A DNA stretch of 64,000 nucleotides from NCBI GenBank assembly GCA_040954595.2, contig JBECUI020000024.1, forward strand, positions 372,001-436,000, written 5' to 3'. Below the pieces are notes generated by a model. It was not told the DNA's origin, did not search any database, and saw nothing but the letters and a program-made list of their open reading frames with translations. The translations under genes and the position numbers were made by a program. Positions 1 through 10,881 of this stretch are shown one piece after another. The stretch comes from Balanoglossus misakiensis (Eukaryota > Animalia > Hemichordata). Position 1 is the stretch's first letter. Each line of letters begins with the position of its first letter.

Positions 1-151
1 AATTCGGGAAAGGTCTCTAAAATGTAATGGGTCATTCAATTTTGTAGAGTAAATTTCTAAAAATGTAGAAGATGGGAGGTTAAGATACCCAAAATGACTA
101 CGGCAAAAAAAAAGTCAGGCCCATAAGTTTCGGGGTGCGATTATAACGTAC

Positions 152-421
152 CTTTGCTCTATCATAGAGGCAAATGGTATTATCTCTTCCAGTGGAAAAG
201 TTGCGGAGCTGTACGTATTCTCCCTTCTGTAATCTGTTCAGCCACTTCGGATTTTCTTTCCAGAATTTAAGTTCCAGAACGTTGCCATCCTGCTGCATAC
301 AAGGCACGCTAAACAGTTTCCCGTTGGCGGAATTCCGGATCTCGACATCCTCCATGAGGCGCAATTTCAGTGCCACGCCTTGGCTGGTTGGGGATGAGGG
401 ACCGGGAGCCGGGGATGCCAT
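152..421 (-). CDS. First coding exon of tandem OB-fold protein gene, copy 1 (gene continues beyond left edge)
   Basis: Minus-strand acceptor tttcag| at 434, ATG at 421, 90 open codons MASPAPG...VALKLRLMEDVEIRNSANGKLFSVPCMQQDGNVLELKFWKENPKWLNRLQKGEYVQLRNFSTGRDNTICLYDRAK, then a phase-0 donor AAG|gtacgt. The beta-strand pattern (LKFW, L.KGEYVQLRNF) is OB-fold-like (inference). Confidence 0.7.
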
Positions 422-705
422 AACGCCGTTAAACCTGAAATATAGATTGAGAGTGGGTATTGTTTTACACAATTTTTGAACATTGAAGTAAAGTATTAGA
501 ATGATGGAGTCCGATAAAAAAGTGAGTTGGTGATTGCGGCATCCGACTTCGTTATTAAAAATGGAAAGATTTGCGATTTGAGATTCGGTTACCTTTGCAA
601 GTTTGAAAGGAAATATTTCATTGAAGCACAGTGGCAACTACTGGGTTATGGAGAATCTTTGAAATGTTGTTGAACGGAGACTTATTAGAATCAATGAAAA
701 CCTAC

Positions 706-855
706 CTTTAACGGCGTTACGGTTACTAAACGTGAGAGACCGCTTGTCTCGTTCATCCGATTCTGAGCTCCTAGCTCTTGTGGAGACATGCGGAGGTACA
801 GCGGGTTAACGGTTAGAAAGTGTTGATGAAAGAAATAAGTTTATAGGCCAATCAG
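706..855 (-). promoter_or_regulatory. Putative non-coding first exon and promoter of copy 1
   Basis: Donor taaag|gtagg at ~706 on the minus strand. The block is conserved in paralogs at 2390-2545 (+) and 18780-18880 (-). A CCAAT motif lies at ~848. Confidence 0.45.
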
Positions 856-1194
856 GAGTTAGATTCGAATGTCCGAAAATGAGAAACCGTAGGCGAACGC
901 AACAGACAGCAATTTAAATTTGCATAACTAGAGGTTTGGGTGGAAAGATTTCAGAATTTAACGCACATATACAGATATTTTGTAGTGGAAATTTGAGTAT
1001 ATTATAAATAGTACATGTAATAAGACTGTGAATTGATTTTATTTACTGACAATTAAATGCAGTTACCCTTTGAGTATGGGTGTTTATCGAGGGGGGGGGG
1101 GGTCCAAAAAAATGTTAGAAACTGTTGAAGATGAAACCGGAAAGATGTAGCAAATTCGTTAGTTTTCCCTTTTTTGGAAATTATGCTCGAAGCG

Positions 1195-1292
1195 TGTGAT
1201 TGGTCAATTAGTCAGAAGGGGATTGGTTGGAAATAGTCGAATATGATTGGGCAATAAGTTCGAAGCTGAAATCCCTCAGGCTGTATAAATAC
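1195..1292 (+). promoter_or_regulatory. Promoter-like cluster: three ATTGG (inverted CCAAT) boxes plus TATAAAT
   Basis: gattgg at ~1198, ~1220 and ~1245, then tataaat at 1284. Confidence 0.3.
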
Positions 1293-2852
1293 GGTGTTTG
1301 TGGCGTGTACTAATGGAGTATGGCTGGGGTGTGTTGTGTCGAGCAGTCTAGTATATCATTTGTGGGGCATTGAATATTTAGAACAAAGTTCTCTATGTCG
1401 GACTTCCTAACATATACTCGATCGTTGATAACAAAACGAGCAGATATTTTTGTGCAAATAGTGTGCGCAAAACAACAACTAAACATGAAGACAACAAGAT
1501 AGTACTGCGTGCGGTGCGACTCGGTTGTAAGCGTCAAGTCAAAAACTGCAAAGACATGCAACAGGTGTAAATATAGTCGACTGAAATGCTGAAAAACCAT
1601 GAATATCGATTGGCTCAAAGTGATGGGAATCGGCTCAACTTACCGGAGGGAATTGGTACATTATATAACGAGTAAACTAGAAAGAAAGAAATCCCAGCGT
1701 TAACACTGGAAATTGTTCATAAATTAATATTTATACATGTATGTGTATATTGCGTAACCTTCGAAAATTCGAATATCATTAGCACTTGGCCTAAAAAGTT
1801 GTGCATTGCGAGTGGGACACTGGGCAATTATTTTTATGGGCCGCCATCGCTATGCAGTTTAGATGTAGTATTTTACTCAACTTTTACCGGCAAGTGAGTG
1901 ATTTGCTTTCAGAAGGTAATGAGACGGAAATAAACTTATGCAATCAGAGTTAATTATTCGTGAGGATACAAACTTTTGTACTAGATTTATTGTAATTTTT
2001 CAGTGTATACTCCTGGCCTTCGCAGGACTTTCATTTTTTACCCGGTTTGTGTGTTTTCGGGTTACCCATGGGCATTCTCTACCTGTTTTAAAACTCTGAA
2101 CAAGAAGATGTCACGTGTATCATTTTATGTACGACGTACATCATTATAATAATGCTATAGTGAAGTTTTTAAAAAGGAAATATTTTTTTAGTGTTATTTT
2201 CTTCGTTTTTTATATGACTGAAATATGGTTGTGCTTGATGGAAAAACCGGATTCAACCTTAGCTTAATATATGCATTATCGTTCGCAACTGACGTCATAT
2301 AATGTAGCAATTTCCCTCCGGTTAAATTGAACCAATCGGCATTCCCGTTTTTCCACCATTTCACTCGAATATCTAACTCCAGGATCCTGATTGGCCTATG
2401 TAATTAATCATTCCTTTCATCAACACTTCCTAACCGTTAACCCGCTGTACCTCCGCATGTCTCCACAAGAGCTAGGAGCTCAGAATCGGTCGGACGCAGA
2501 CCAGCGGTCTGTCAGGTGTAGTAACCCTAACACCGTTAAAGGTAGGTTTTCATTTATTCTATTATAAGTCTCCGTTCATCAACATTTCAAAGATTCTCAA
2601 TAATGCAGTAGTTGCCACTGTACTTCAATGAAATATTTCCTTTCAAACTTGCAAATACTACTTGAACCGAATCGCAAACCTTTCCATTTTTAATAACGAA
2701 GTCGGATGCCGAAATTACCAACTCACTTTTTTTATCGGATTCCATCATTCTAATACTTTACTTCAATGTTCAAAAATTGTGTAAAACAATATCCACTTTC
2801 AATCTATATTTCAGGTTTAACGGCTATTTGTGCAACATTTGACAGTACTCAC

Positions 2853-2993
2853 ATCATGGACTTTTCCTACAACGCACACACTCTTCTTTTGTGGAGATAT
2901 CTCGACTTCTGATATCATTATTTGTGGCGGATGATAAAATTCTGTTACCAATTTTTCAGGTATATCCATCGCTTTTCGCCCGCAAGGTATGAT
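2853..2993 (-). CDS. Exon 3 of the OB-fold gene, lying inside the inverted block of copy 2
   Basis: ttttttccag| then 47 open codons IIPCGRKAMDIPEKLVTEFYHPPQIMISEVEISPQKKSVCVVGKVHD |gtgagt. Phase 0/0, so it joins in frame after YDRAK. Not present in the ORF track. Confidence 0.65.
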
Positions 2994-3422
2994 CTGGAAA
3001 AAAGTTTGGCGTAGTCTGTAAGTTGTGTGACTGAATCCGTAAAGGTGGCATTTGGAGGAAAAATTTTGAGCATTTTTATCAGTAATCTAGTTTGTTTAAA
3101 ATATTGGAACGCGATCAAAAATAAATGCGACTTGTAAACGAGTGCCGCGTTTGAATCGGTATTGACGATAAACATCGGTAATAGGCGATGAAATCAATGG
3201 ATTTTCAATGTACGTGATCGCATGGAGGCTGCCATATTGGATTACATCCGAAGACCTTCCGATTAGGCGTCGGTTGAATTCGGGAAAGGTGTTTAAAATG
3301 TAATGGGTCATTCAATTTTGTAGAGTAAATTTCTAAAAATGTAGAAGATGGGAGGTTAAGATACCCGAAATGACTACGGCAAAAAAAAGGCCCATAAGTT
3401 TCGGGGTGCGATTATAACATAC

Positions 3423-3680
3423 CTTTGCTCTATCATAGAGGCAAATGGTATTATATCTTCCAGTGGAAAAGTTGCGGAGCTGTATGTATTCTCTCTTCTG
3501 TTATCTGTTCAGCTATTTCGGATTTTCTTTCCAGAATTTAAGTTCCAGAACGTTGCCATCCTGCTGCATACAAGGCACGCTAAACAGTTTGCCGTTGGCT
3601 GAATTCCGGATCTAGACTGTATCCTCAATGAGGCACAATTTCACTGCCACGCCTTGGCTGCATGGTTGCAGATGATGGAG
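3423..3680 (-). pseudogene. Inverted degenerate copy of the first coding exon
   Basis: Near-identical to 152-400 but with in-frame TAG codons (GAG>TAG, TGG>TAG) and small insertions. Donor gtatgt. Confidence 0.75.
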
Positions 3681-4564
3681 CTAAGGTACGTAACAATCGC
3701 ACCCCGAAACGCCTGGGCCCTGTAGTCCTTGTGGGTATGTTAACCTCCCATCTCCTACATTTTTAGAAATTTAGTATACAAAATTGGATGACCAATTATG
3801 TTTTAGAGACCTTTCCCGAATCCACCTGAAGCCCAGTCGGAATGTCTTGGGATGTAACCTAAATTCAATATGGCCGCCTCCATGCGTTCACTTGCATTAT
3901 AAAAAAAAACGTTGATTTTATCTCCGAGTGGCGGTGTTTATCGTCAGTGCCAATTGAAACGCGGCACTCGCTTACAGGTCGCATTTTTATTTTTGAGCGC
4001 GTTCTAATATTCTAGAAAGAAAAAAATGATAGTTTCGAGTACAGATTACATGTATTTTAAAACAAGGTTTGGTCACAATGGTATCACTACTAAATGATTT
4101 ACAATCGATGTTTTTAATTGTCTTTGCACCACAGTATGAATCCTGTGATGGTAAATCGCATTCAACTTAGAAGGCGTGGAGTAAGTGCAACTGATGGTAA
4201 CTGGGATACCAAACTGAAACTTTTGGGAGAGAAAACCTTGCCATGCATGGACGTGGGTGGCACAGTTAAACTTGGGTTAAATACTACAGCGACAACTGAA
4301 GTCCCGGTGAGATATTATAAAATACTCTTACATCATAAAATTGAAATCCTACATGTCAATAATTTCATATTTTCACTAATGTTTAGCAAAAAACAACTGC
4401 TCTCAACAAACCTTACCCCTCCCCCTCTTGTATTGTCAGTGCTTTGTAATCTATCAGTAACAATCCATTTTTTTCTCTCAAGGTGTTAAAAGAACCTATA
4501 GCTACTGGTGATGACATGATACCGTCCATGGGTGTTGGAGGTAATACACTTTGTAAGTATTAAC

Positions 4565-5550
4565 CAGTCAGGACGTAAGTGGGGTAATTACGGCGGTGAG
4601 ATCAAAGAGATCTATTTGAATGTGAAAGTCGCTGAGTGGCAGTTACGGCCAGTTCGAAAAATTTTCAAACGGAGATTTTCGGTACTACAAGTGATCGTAG
4701 TGCACCCATTTTTCTAAGACGTGTATGAAACACCATAGTCAATGATAGGATGATTTTTCGTGAAGTTTTAACGACGCTTTCCCGAGAAAGACAGTTTCGG
4801 TATGTTGGTTTAAATTGTGGTCCTTGACTCTCGGCAAAGATTTCTTGTCTTGAAAAAAATTGGGTAGGTTAGGAAGATATTGAACTAAGTTACCGTGAAA
4901 TTATAATAGTGTGAGCCGCTCCGTTGTGGAGTAATGACGGTGTAAAAATTGCCTTCGCCATCGACGAGTACAGCCGTGTTTGCCATATGTGTATGCATTG
5001 AAGTAGGTCAAAGCATGTTAACCCATGACGTAATGGCTTCCTTTTCAACGCGTCGTTATCTCTCATTAGCATATTACATACGGAGTCTATACACTATTCA
5101 CGCTGACTGACTTCTCAGGACTGACCTATGGCACAGTAAATTGTGGTCCTTGACTCTCGGCATGGATATATTCATGTCAAAATTATGAATAGAGGAGTTT
5201 AATAATGTTTCTAAAACCTGAGGGGGTTAATTTTTGTGTGGGTATGGCTGATATTTTTTTTTTGTAACTTCAAGGTCACTTTGAATTTCGTGATCACAAT
5301 TTTGTCAGTGGAAGTAAAGAAATTCTTCTCGATAAAACTTCATGAAAAATCACATGTAGTACACTCATAGTACCAGTAATGTGCCTGGGGTGAAATAATT
5401 GTCAGAAATGGGTTGCTAGTTGCTTAACTTTCGTTGTGAAAAAAGTTGAAAAACTGTATGCAAATGAGCAATTCAAACGTTACTGGCCAGTTCAAGTGTT
5501 TGCATTGCATGATCCCCTGCTGTTTAATTATCCCACTTACGTCCTGACTG
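4565..5550. mobile_element. Non-autonomous DNA transposon (986 bp) with ~26-bp TIRs and 4-bp TSD TAAC
   Basis: CAGTCAGGACGTAAGTGGGGTAATTA ... TAATTATCCCACTTACGTCCTGACTG, with TAAC on both sides. The empty site is visible in the paralog at 17090-17104. Confidence 0.85.
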
Positions 5551-5949
5551 TAACTGCAGTAGTTGCTTACATCAGACTCCCACTATCTGCATGCAAGTTG
5601 TGGATGGATTTGCAGAGAGAGAGGCTAGTACACGGCACTCATGTGGACCTGCACTACCACATTTCTATTCAACATCAGGTCTCTGAGTAAAAAGATGGCC
5701 ATGTAAATTTTCTCTAAGTTTGTTAGAGAAATAAAGTACAACTTTAGTGTTTCACTAATTGAGTTTCAGTGTTCTTGTATTGTCTCGTTTGCCCCATGCC
5801 AACCTCAAAGTAAACGTCAAATTTGCCATTTTTGACTTATTTGTCCTTGTAGTGGGCCACATAGCATTTTAATGCAACTTATAAAAATCTGAAGAACCAA
5901 ATGCCTAATTTACCCACTCTGCACAGATTTATTTCAATGGTACAGACTT

Positions 5950-7523
5950 GATGATCAGTATAGCGCCCTCTGTGGTAGTATTTTGGGGGGGGGGGGGGTT
6001 AACCTAGCCTTTGTATGTTTATCCCTGTCCGGTTCCATTCCACTTGTATCTATGGTAACCTAATTATCAGCAGTAAAGGCCACAGCTTTGAAACAGTTTT
6101 AATATCAAGCACTCTGAATTACACGGCCATTCTCATTGGTGCATATAGTGTAGTCACGTTGTATTTTACTGCAACTGGTGAAAGTCTCCTAAAAAACCAA
6201 ATGTGTCTTTACCCACTGTGCACAGAGTATTTGAATGATACTCAGTTGATGGTCATATAGTATAGCGCCCTCTGTGGTAGTATTTTTATTATGGAGGTTG
6301 GGTTAAATCTTGTCTTCGCATATGTTTATCCCTGTCATGTTGCATTGGGCTTGTATCTATGGTAACCTAATTATCAGCAGTAAAGGCCACAACTATGAAA
6401 CAGTTTTAATATCAAGCACTCTCTGAATTACATGGCCATTCTCATTGGTGTATATAGTGTAGTCACGTTGTATTTTACTACAACTGATGAAAGTCTCCTA
6501 AAAAACCAAATGTGTCTTTACCCACTGTGCACAGAGTATTTGAATGATACTCAGTTGATGGTCATATAGTATAGCGCCCTCTGTGGTAGTATTTTGATTA
6601 TGGAGGTGGGGTTAAATCTTGTCTTTGCATATGTTTATCCCTGTCATGTTGCATTGGGCTTGTATCTATGGTAACCTAATTATCAGCAGTAAAGGCCACA
6701 ACTATGAAACAGTTTTAATATCAAGCGCTCTCTGAATTACATGGCCATTCTCATTGGTGTATATAGTGTAGTCACGTTGTATTTTATTACAACTGATGAA
6801 AGTCTCCTAAAAAACCAAATGTGTCTTTACCCACTGTGCACAGAGTATTTGAATGATACTCAGTTGATGGTCATATAGTATAGCGCCCTCTGTGGTAGTA
6901 TTTTGATTATGGAGGTGGGGTTTAATCTTGTCTTTGCATATGTTTATCCCTGTCATGTTGCATTGGGCTTGTATCTATGGTAACCTAATTATCAGCAGTA
7001 AAGGCCACAACTATGAAACAGTTTTAATATCAAGCACTCTCTGAATTACATGGCCATTCTCATTGGTGTATATAGTGTAGTCACGTTGTATTTTACTGCA
7101 ACTGATGAAAGTCTCCTAAAAAAACAAATAAGTCTTTACCCACTGTGCACAGAGTATTTGAATGATACTCAGTTGATGGTCATATAGTATAGCGCCCTCT
7201 GTGGTAGTATTTTGATTATGGAGGTGGGGTTTAATCTTGTCATTGCATATGTTTATCCCTGTCATGTTGCATTGGGCTTGTATCTATGGTAACCTAATTA
7301 TCAGCAGTAAAGGCCACAACTATGAAACAGTTTTAATATCAAGCACTCTCTGAATTACATGGCCATTCTCATTGGTGTATATAGTGTAGTCACGTTGTAT
7401 TTTACTACAACTGATGAAAGTCTCCTAAAAAAACAAATGTGTGTTTACCCACTGTGCACAGAGTATTTGAATGATACTCAGTTGATGGTCATATAGTATA
7501 GCACCCTCTGTGGTAGTATTTTG
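5950..7523. repeat. Tandem satellite, ~309-bp unit (left part, ~5 units)
   Basis: Marker gtatagcgccctctgtgg recurs at ~5958, 6260, 6569, 6878, 7187 and 7496. Confidence 0.95.
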
Positions 7524-9915
7524 GTCTCTCAGATACTGTTCTCATGTGGTTTATGTCATACCTTTCCAATCGTAGTCAGTGTGTACTTGTAAATTCCACC
7601 CAATCACCTTTCTATCGGCTCGACACTGGGGTACCACAGGGATCAGTTCTTGGTCCCATACTTTTCAATATGTACCCGTCTCCATTTGGTGAATTAGTTC
7701 AAAGTCATGGTTGTCTTTATAGTTTTTATGCAGATGACTCTTCACTTTATATGTCTTTTAGTAAAGACAACGCAGCAAGAACTGTTTCAAATCTTGAACT
7801 TTGTATATCCGATGTTAGGTTTTGGATGTCTGAAAACTTCTTGTGCTTATACGACGATAAGACTGAATTTGTTATTTTCTTTGGTATTTCAGGTGATCTG
7901 TCTGCTAGAGGGATTTCAGAAATTCGTGTTGGCGATTCTCTGATTCCTGTCCATTGTCAGGCTAAGAGCCTTGGTGTGCTCCTTGACTCTTTTCTGACAA
8001 TGAAGCCACATATTGGACAGATCTGCCGCTCTGCCACTTTTCATTTACGTCGCATTGCGCTTATCCGCAAATATTTATCTCATTCTGCTACAGAGCAATT
8101 AGTTCATGCATTCATTACTTCTCGAATTGATTCATGTACCACGGAATTCTTTTTACCAGCACCAAACGGCAAACTGGCAACATCGTATTTCTTTCATGCC
8201 AGCAACGCGTTATCTCTAAAATTGTAACAACGTCACAATGTACTAGACAAAGAGGCGTCCCCCCATCCCAATTGCGCAGTTGAAGTACGTGCGTGTTGAG
8301 AGAGAGACGTGAACAGAAAGGGGTAGGAGACTGACTTGAACACGGACGACGAGAGTTGTTTAGCGTGTCGAACGCTGCTCTACGAAGCTCGTAGTTACCT
8401 ACTGACCGGGACATTTGCGCTTGAACGGACTGGGTTCCTCCCGATTGCCGCACGCCGGCGGGTATGAAAGTGTAGGCTAAGACGTCGATCCACCGGCCGG
8501 CTGCACTGTTCCCAACATTACCAGCTCCACGCCACTTTGAGCTGCACCGCGGTCGGATATCCCACCCCGGCTGCCGGACAGCATATGAAGGTGTCTGAGG
8601 CCTTTTCTAGTCAAAACTTTGGGGTTTTCGGAATGGGAAATAGCGGAACAAGAACATGGATATATACTAAATCATGAACGCCAAACAAACACGTTGAAAA
8701 AGCCAGATCTGAAAAATTCATGTGGCGTCCGCCGCTGGGCGCATTGACGCGTCAACGTTTTTTTCAAACAACGTAACCTGTCACATTGCTGCCACAAACA
8801 ACAAGTTCGTGCGTAGGTCGAGAAAGTTCTCAAGCGGCCGGCTGATCGCGGCAAGGTTAGCGGCGGCCTCGCACGCCCGAATTTGCCACAAAACTATCAG
8901 TCCACACAGCAATGCCGTTCAAACTCTTCCGTCGTATTTATTTCAACACAAATTCAGAATACAACACGGCAGTTTGGTACGTCGTCTCTATCCTACACTG
9001 CTAATTCTCATCTCAATCTCTAAAAAAGTTCAACAGACGGGATACACTGCAACCCGCGGCACTAGGAACGGCAAAATTCACGTCTCTGCTTCACAGGAAT
9101 CTACCGACCTGAAGTGGGAGGAACCCAGTCCGTTCAAGTACAAATGTCCCGGTAAGAAGGTAACTACGAGCTTCCTAGAGCAGCGTTCGAGTCGACACGT
9201 CTCTCTCAACACGCACGTACTTCAACTGCGCAATAGGGATGGGGGGGCGCCTCTTTGTCTACTAAATTGTGACGTTGTTACAATTTTAGAGATAACGTGT
9301 CGGGCCCCCTCAAAGAAATCCGGTGGCCCCCTCAAAGAAAGCCGGTGTTGCTAGTTTGGCATTCGTTGCTAGTAAAAAGAATTTTGTAGTAATTCACTTT
9401 TATTTGGGCTCCCGAAGTATTCAATCAACCGTATCCAACGCGTTCAGAATATTGCTGCTAGAATTGTTACTCATTCAAAAATCACCTGTCACATCACTCC
9501 AATTTTGTATCAGTTGCACTGGCTACCTGTTACATAGCGTATTGTTTTTAAGATGTTAGTTCTCATTTTTAAATCTATAATAAACTTGGTCCAATCTATC
9601 TTTCTAGCATGACCAATCTATATGTTCCGTGTCGCAATTTAAGGTCAGCTGATCAGTTCAAACTCTGCCTTGTTCGATCACGCACCAAGAGTTATGGTGA
9701 TCGTGCTTTTACTGTTGCTGCTCCAATTCTTTGGAATAATCTTCCACTCACCATTCGCCAGGCACCAGACTTATCTGTTTTTAAATCAAATGTTAAAACT
9801 TTACTTTTTAAATCTGTTTTTTAGCCATTTGTTGTATTGTACTTTTGCTTTAAGCGTCATTGATCACATTTTTGTGGATACTGACACTATACAAATAAAT
9901 TATTATTATTATTAT
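7524..9915 (+). mobile_element. 5'-truncated L2/CR1-type LINE (RT C-terminal half) with (TAT)n tail
   Basis: GVPQGSVLGPILF...YADD RT motifs (ORF 7544-8227) and the downstream motif YGDRAFTVAAPILWNNLP. (TAT)n tail at ~9900. TSD tattttg at 7517-7523 and 9916-9922. Confidence 0.9.
8139..9389. mobile_element. Non-autonomous Tc1/mariner-like element (TA TSD) inserted in the LINE ORF
   Basis: Imperfect ~47-bp TIRs (CCACGGAATTCTTTTTACCAGC / CTACAAAATTCTTTTTACTAGC) plus subterminal inverted repeats 8205-8440 vs 9120-9300. TA on both sides. Removing it restores the LINE frame RIDSC-NSLLFGLP. Confidence 0.88.
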
Positions 9916-10700
9916 TATTTTGATTACAGAGGTGGGGTTTAATCTTGCCTTTGCATATGTTTATCCCTGTCCTGTTGCATTAGGCTTGTATCTATGGTAA
10001 CCTTATTATCAGCAGTAAGAGCCACAACTATGAAACAGTTTTAATATCAAGCACTATCTGAATTACACGGCCATTCTCATTGGTGTATATAGTGTAGTCA
10101 CGTTATATTTTACTGCAACTGATGAAAGTCTCCTAAAAAAACAAATGTGTCTTTACCCACTGTGCACAGAGTATTTGAATGATACTCAGTTGATGGTCAT
10201 ATAGTATAGCGCCCTCTGCGGTAGTATTTTGATTATGGAGGTGGGGTTTAATCTTGTCTTTGCATATGTTTATCCCTGTCCTGTTGCATTGGGCTTGTAT
10301 CTATGGTAACCTAATTATCAGCAGTAAAGGCCACAACTATGAAACAGTTTTAATATCAAGCACTCTCTGAATTACATGGCCATTCTCATTGGTGTATATA
10401 GTGTAGTCACGTTGTATTTTACTGCAACTGATGAAAGTCTCCTAAAAAAAACAAATGTGTATTTACCTACTGTGCACAGAGTATTTGAATGATACTCAGT
10501 TGATGGTCATATAGTATAGCACCCTCTGTGGTAGTATTTGGATGATAGGGGAAGGGGTAACCTACCTTTTCTATACATGTATATGGTTATCCCTCTTCTA
10601 TTGCATTCCGCTTGTATCTATGGAAACCTAATTATCAGCAGTGAATGCCAAATTGTAAAACAGCAACATATTTATTATCAAACACTGTATGGAATTGAAT
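9916..10700. repeat. ~309-bp satellite, right part (~2.5 units)
   Basis: The same unit resumes exactly after the LINE TSD, with markers at ~10204 and ~10515. Confidence 0.92.
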
Positions 10701-10807
10701 ATACACAATATGTTTTGTGTGTTTGCTGGCTACATACATGCATAAATACGTACATACATATATTACACTCATACTCAAGCACACAGCTAATGGACTCTTT
10801 TTTTCAT

Positions 10808-10881
10808 CATCCCCACCAGGAATCGAACCTGGATCTCTTATCACAAAGTGACAAGTGTGTTAACCATTACACCATGAGGAT
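10808..10881 (-). tRNA. tRNA-like gene or pseudogene (Gln-like body, aberrant anticodon arm)
   Basis: Acceptor stem ATCCTCA/TGGGGAT, D stem GTGT/ACAC with an A-box, T arm CCAGG-TTCGATT-CCTGG. The anticodon arm is 2 nt too long and there is no oligo-T terminator. Confidence 0.5.

Larger units (their letters stand above)
2390..5665 (+). pseudogene. OB-fold gene copy 2, rearranged pseudogene
   Basis: Exon 1 donor at 2540 and exon 2 acceptor at 2815, then an inverted block 2826-~3680. Intron 2 follows from 3686, exon 4 at 4135-4306 (VMVNRIQLRRRGVSATDGNWDTKLKLLGEK...LNTTATTEVP|gtgag) and exon 5 from 4483, which is interrupted by a transposon. Stops and frameshifts are present. Confidence 0.7.

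Noticed and set aside
98-637. 179-aa ORF as a single-exon gene
   Set aside because: It reads through intron sequence on both sides. Splice signals delimit 152-434.
8115-9354. ORFs inside the TA-TSD element as a transposase
   Set aside because: No DDE or HTH motifs. The shared peptide text comes from the inverted arms.
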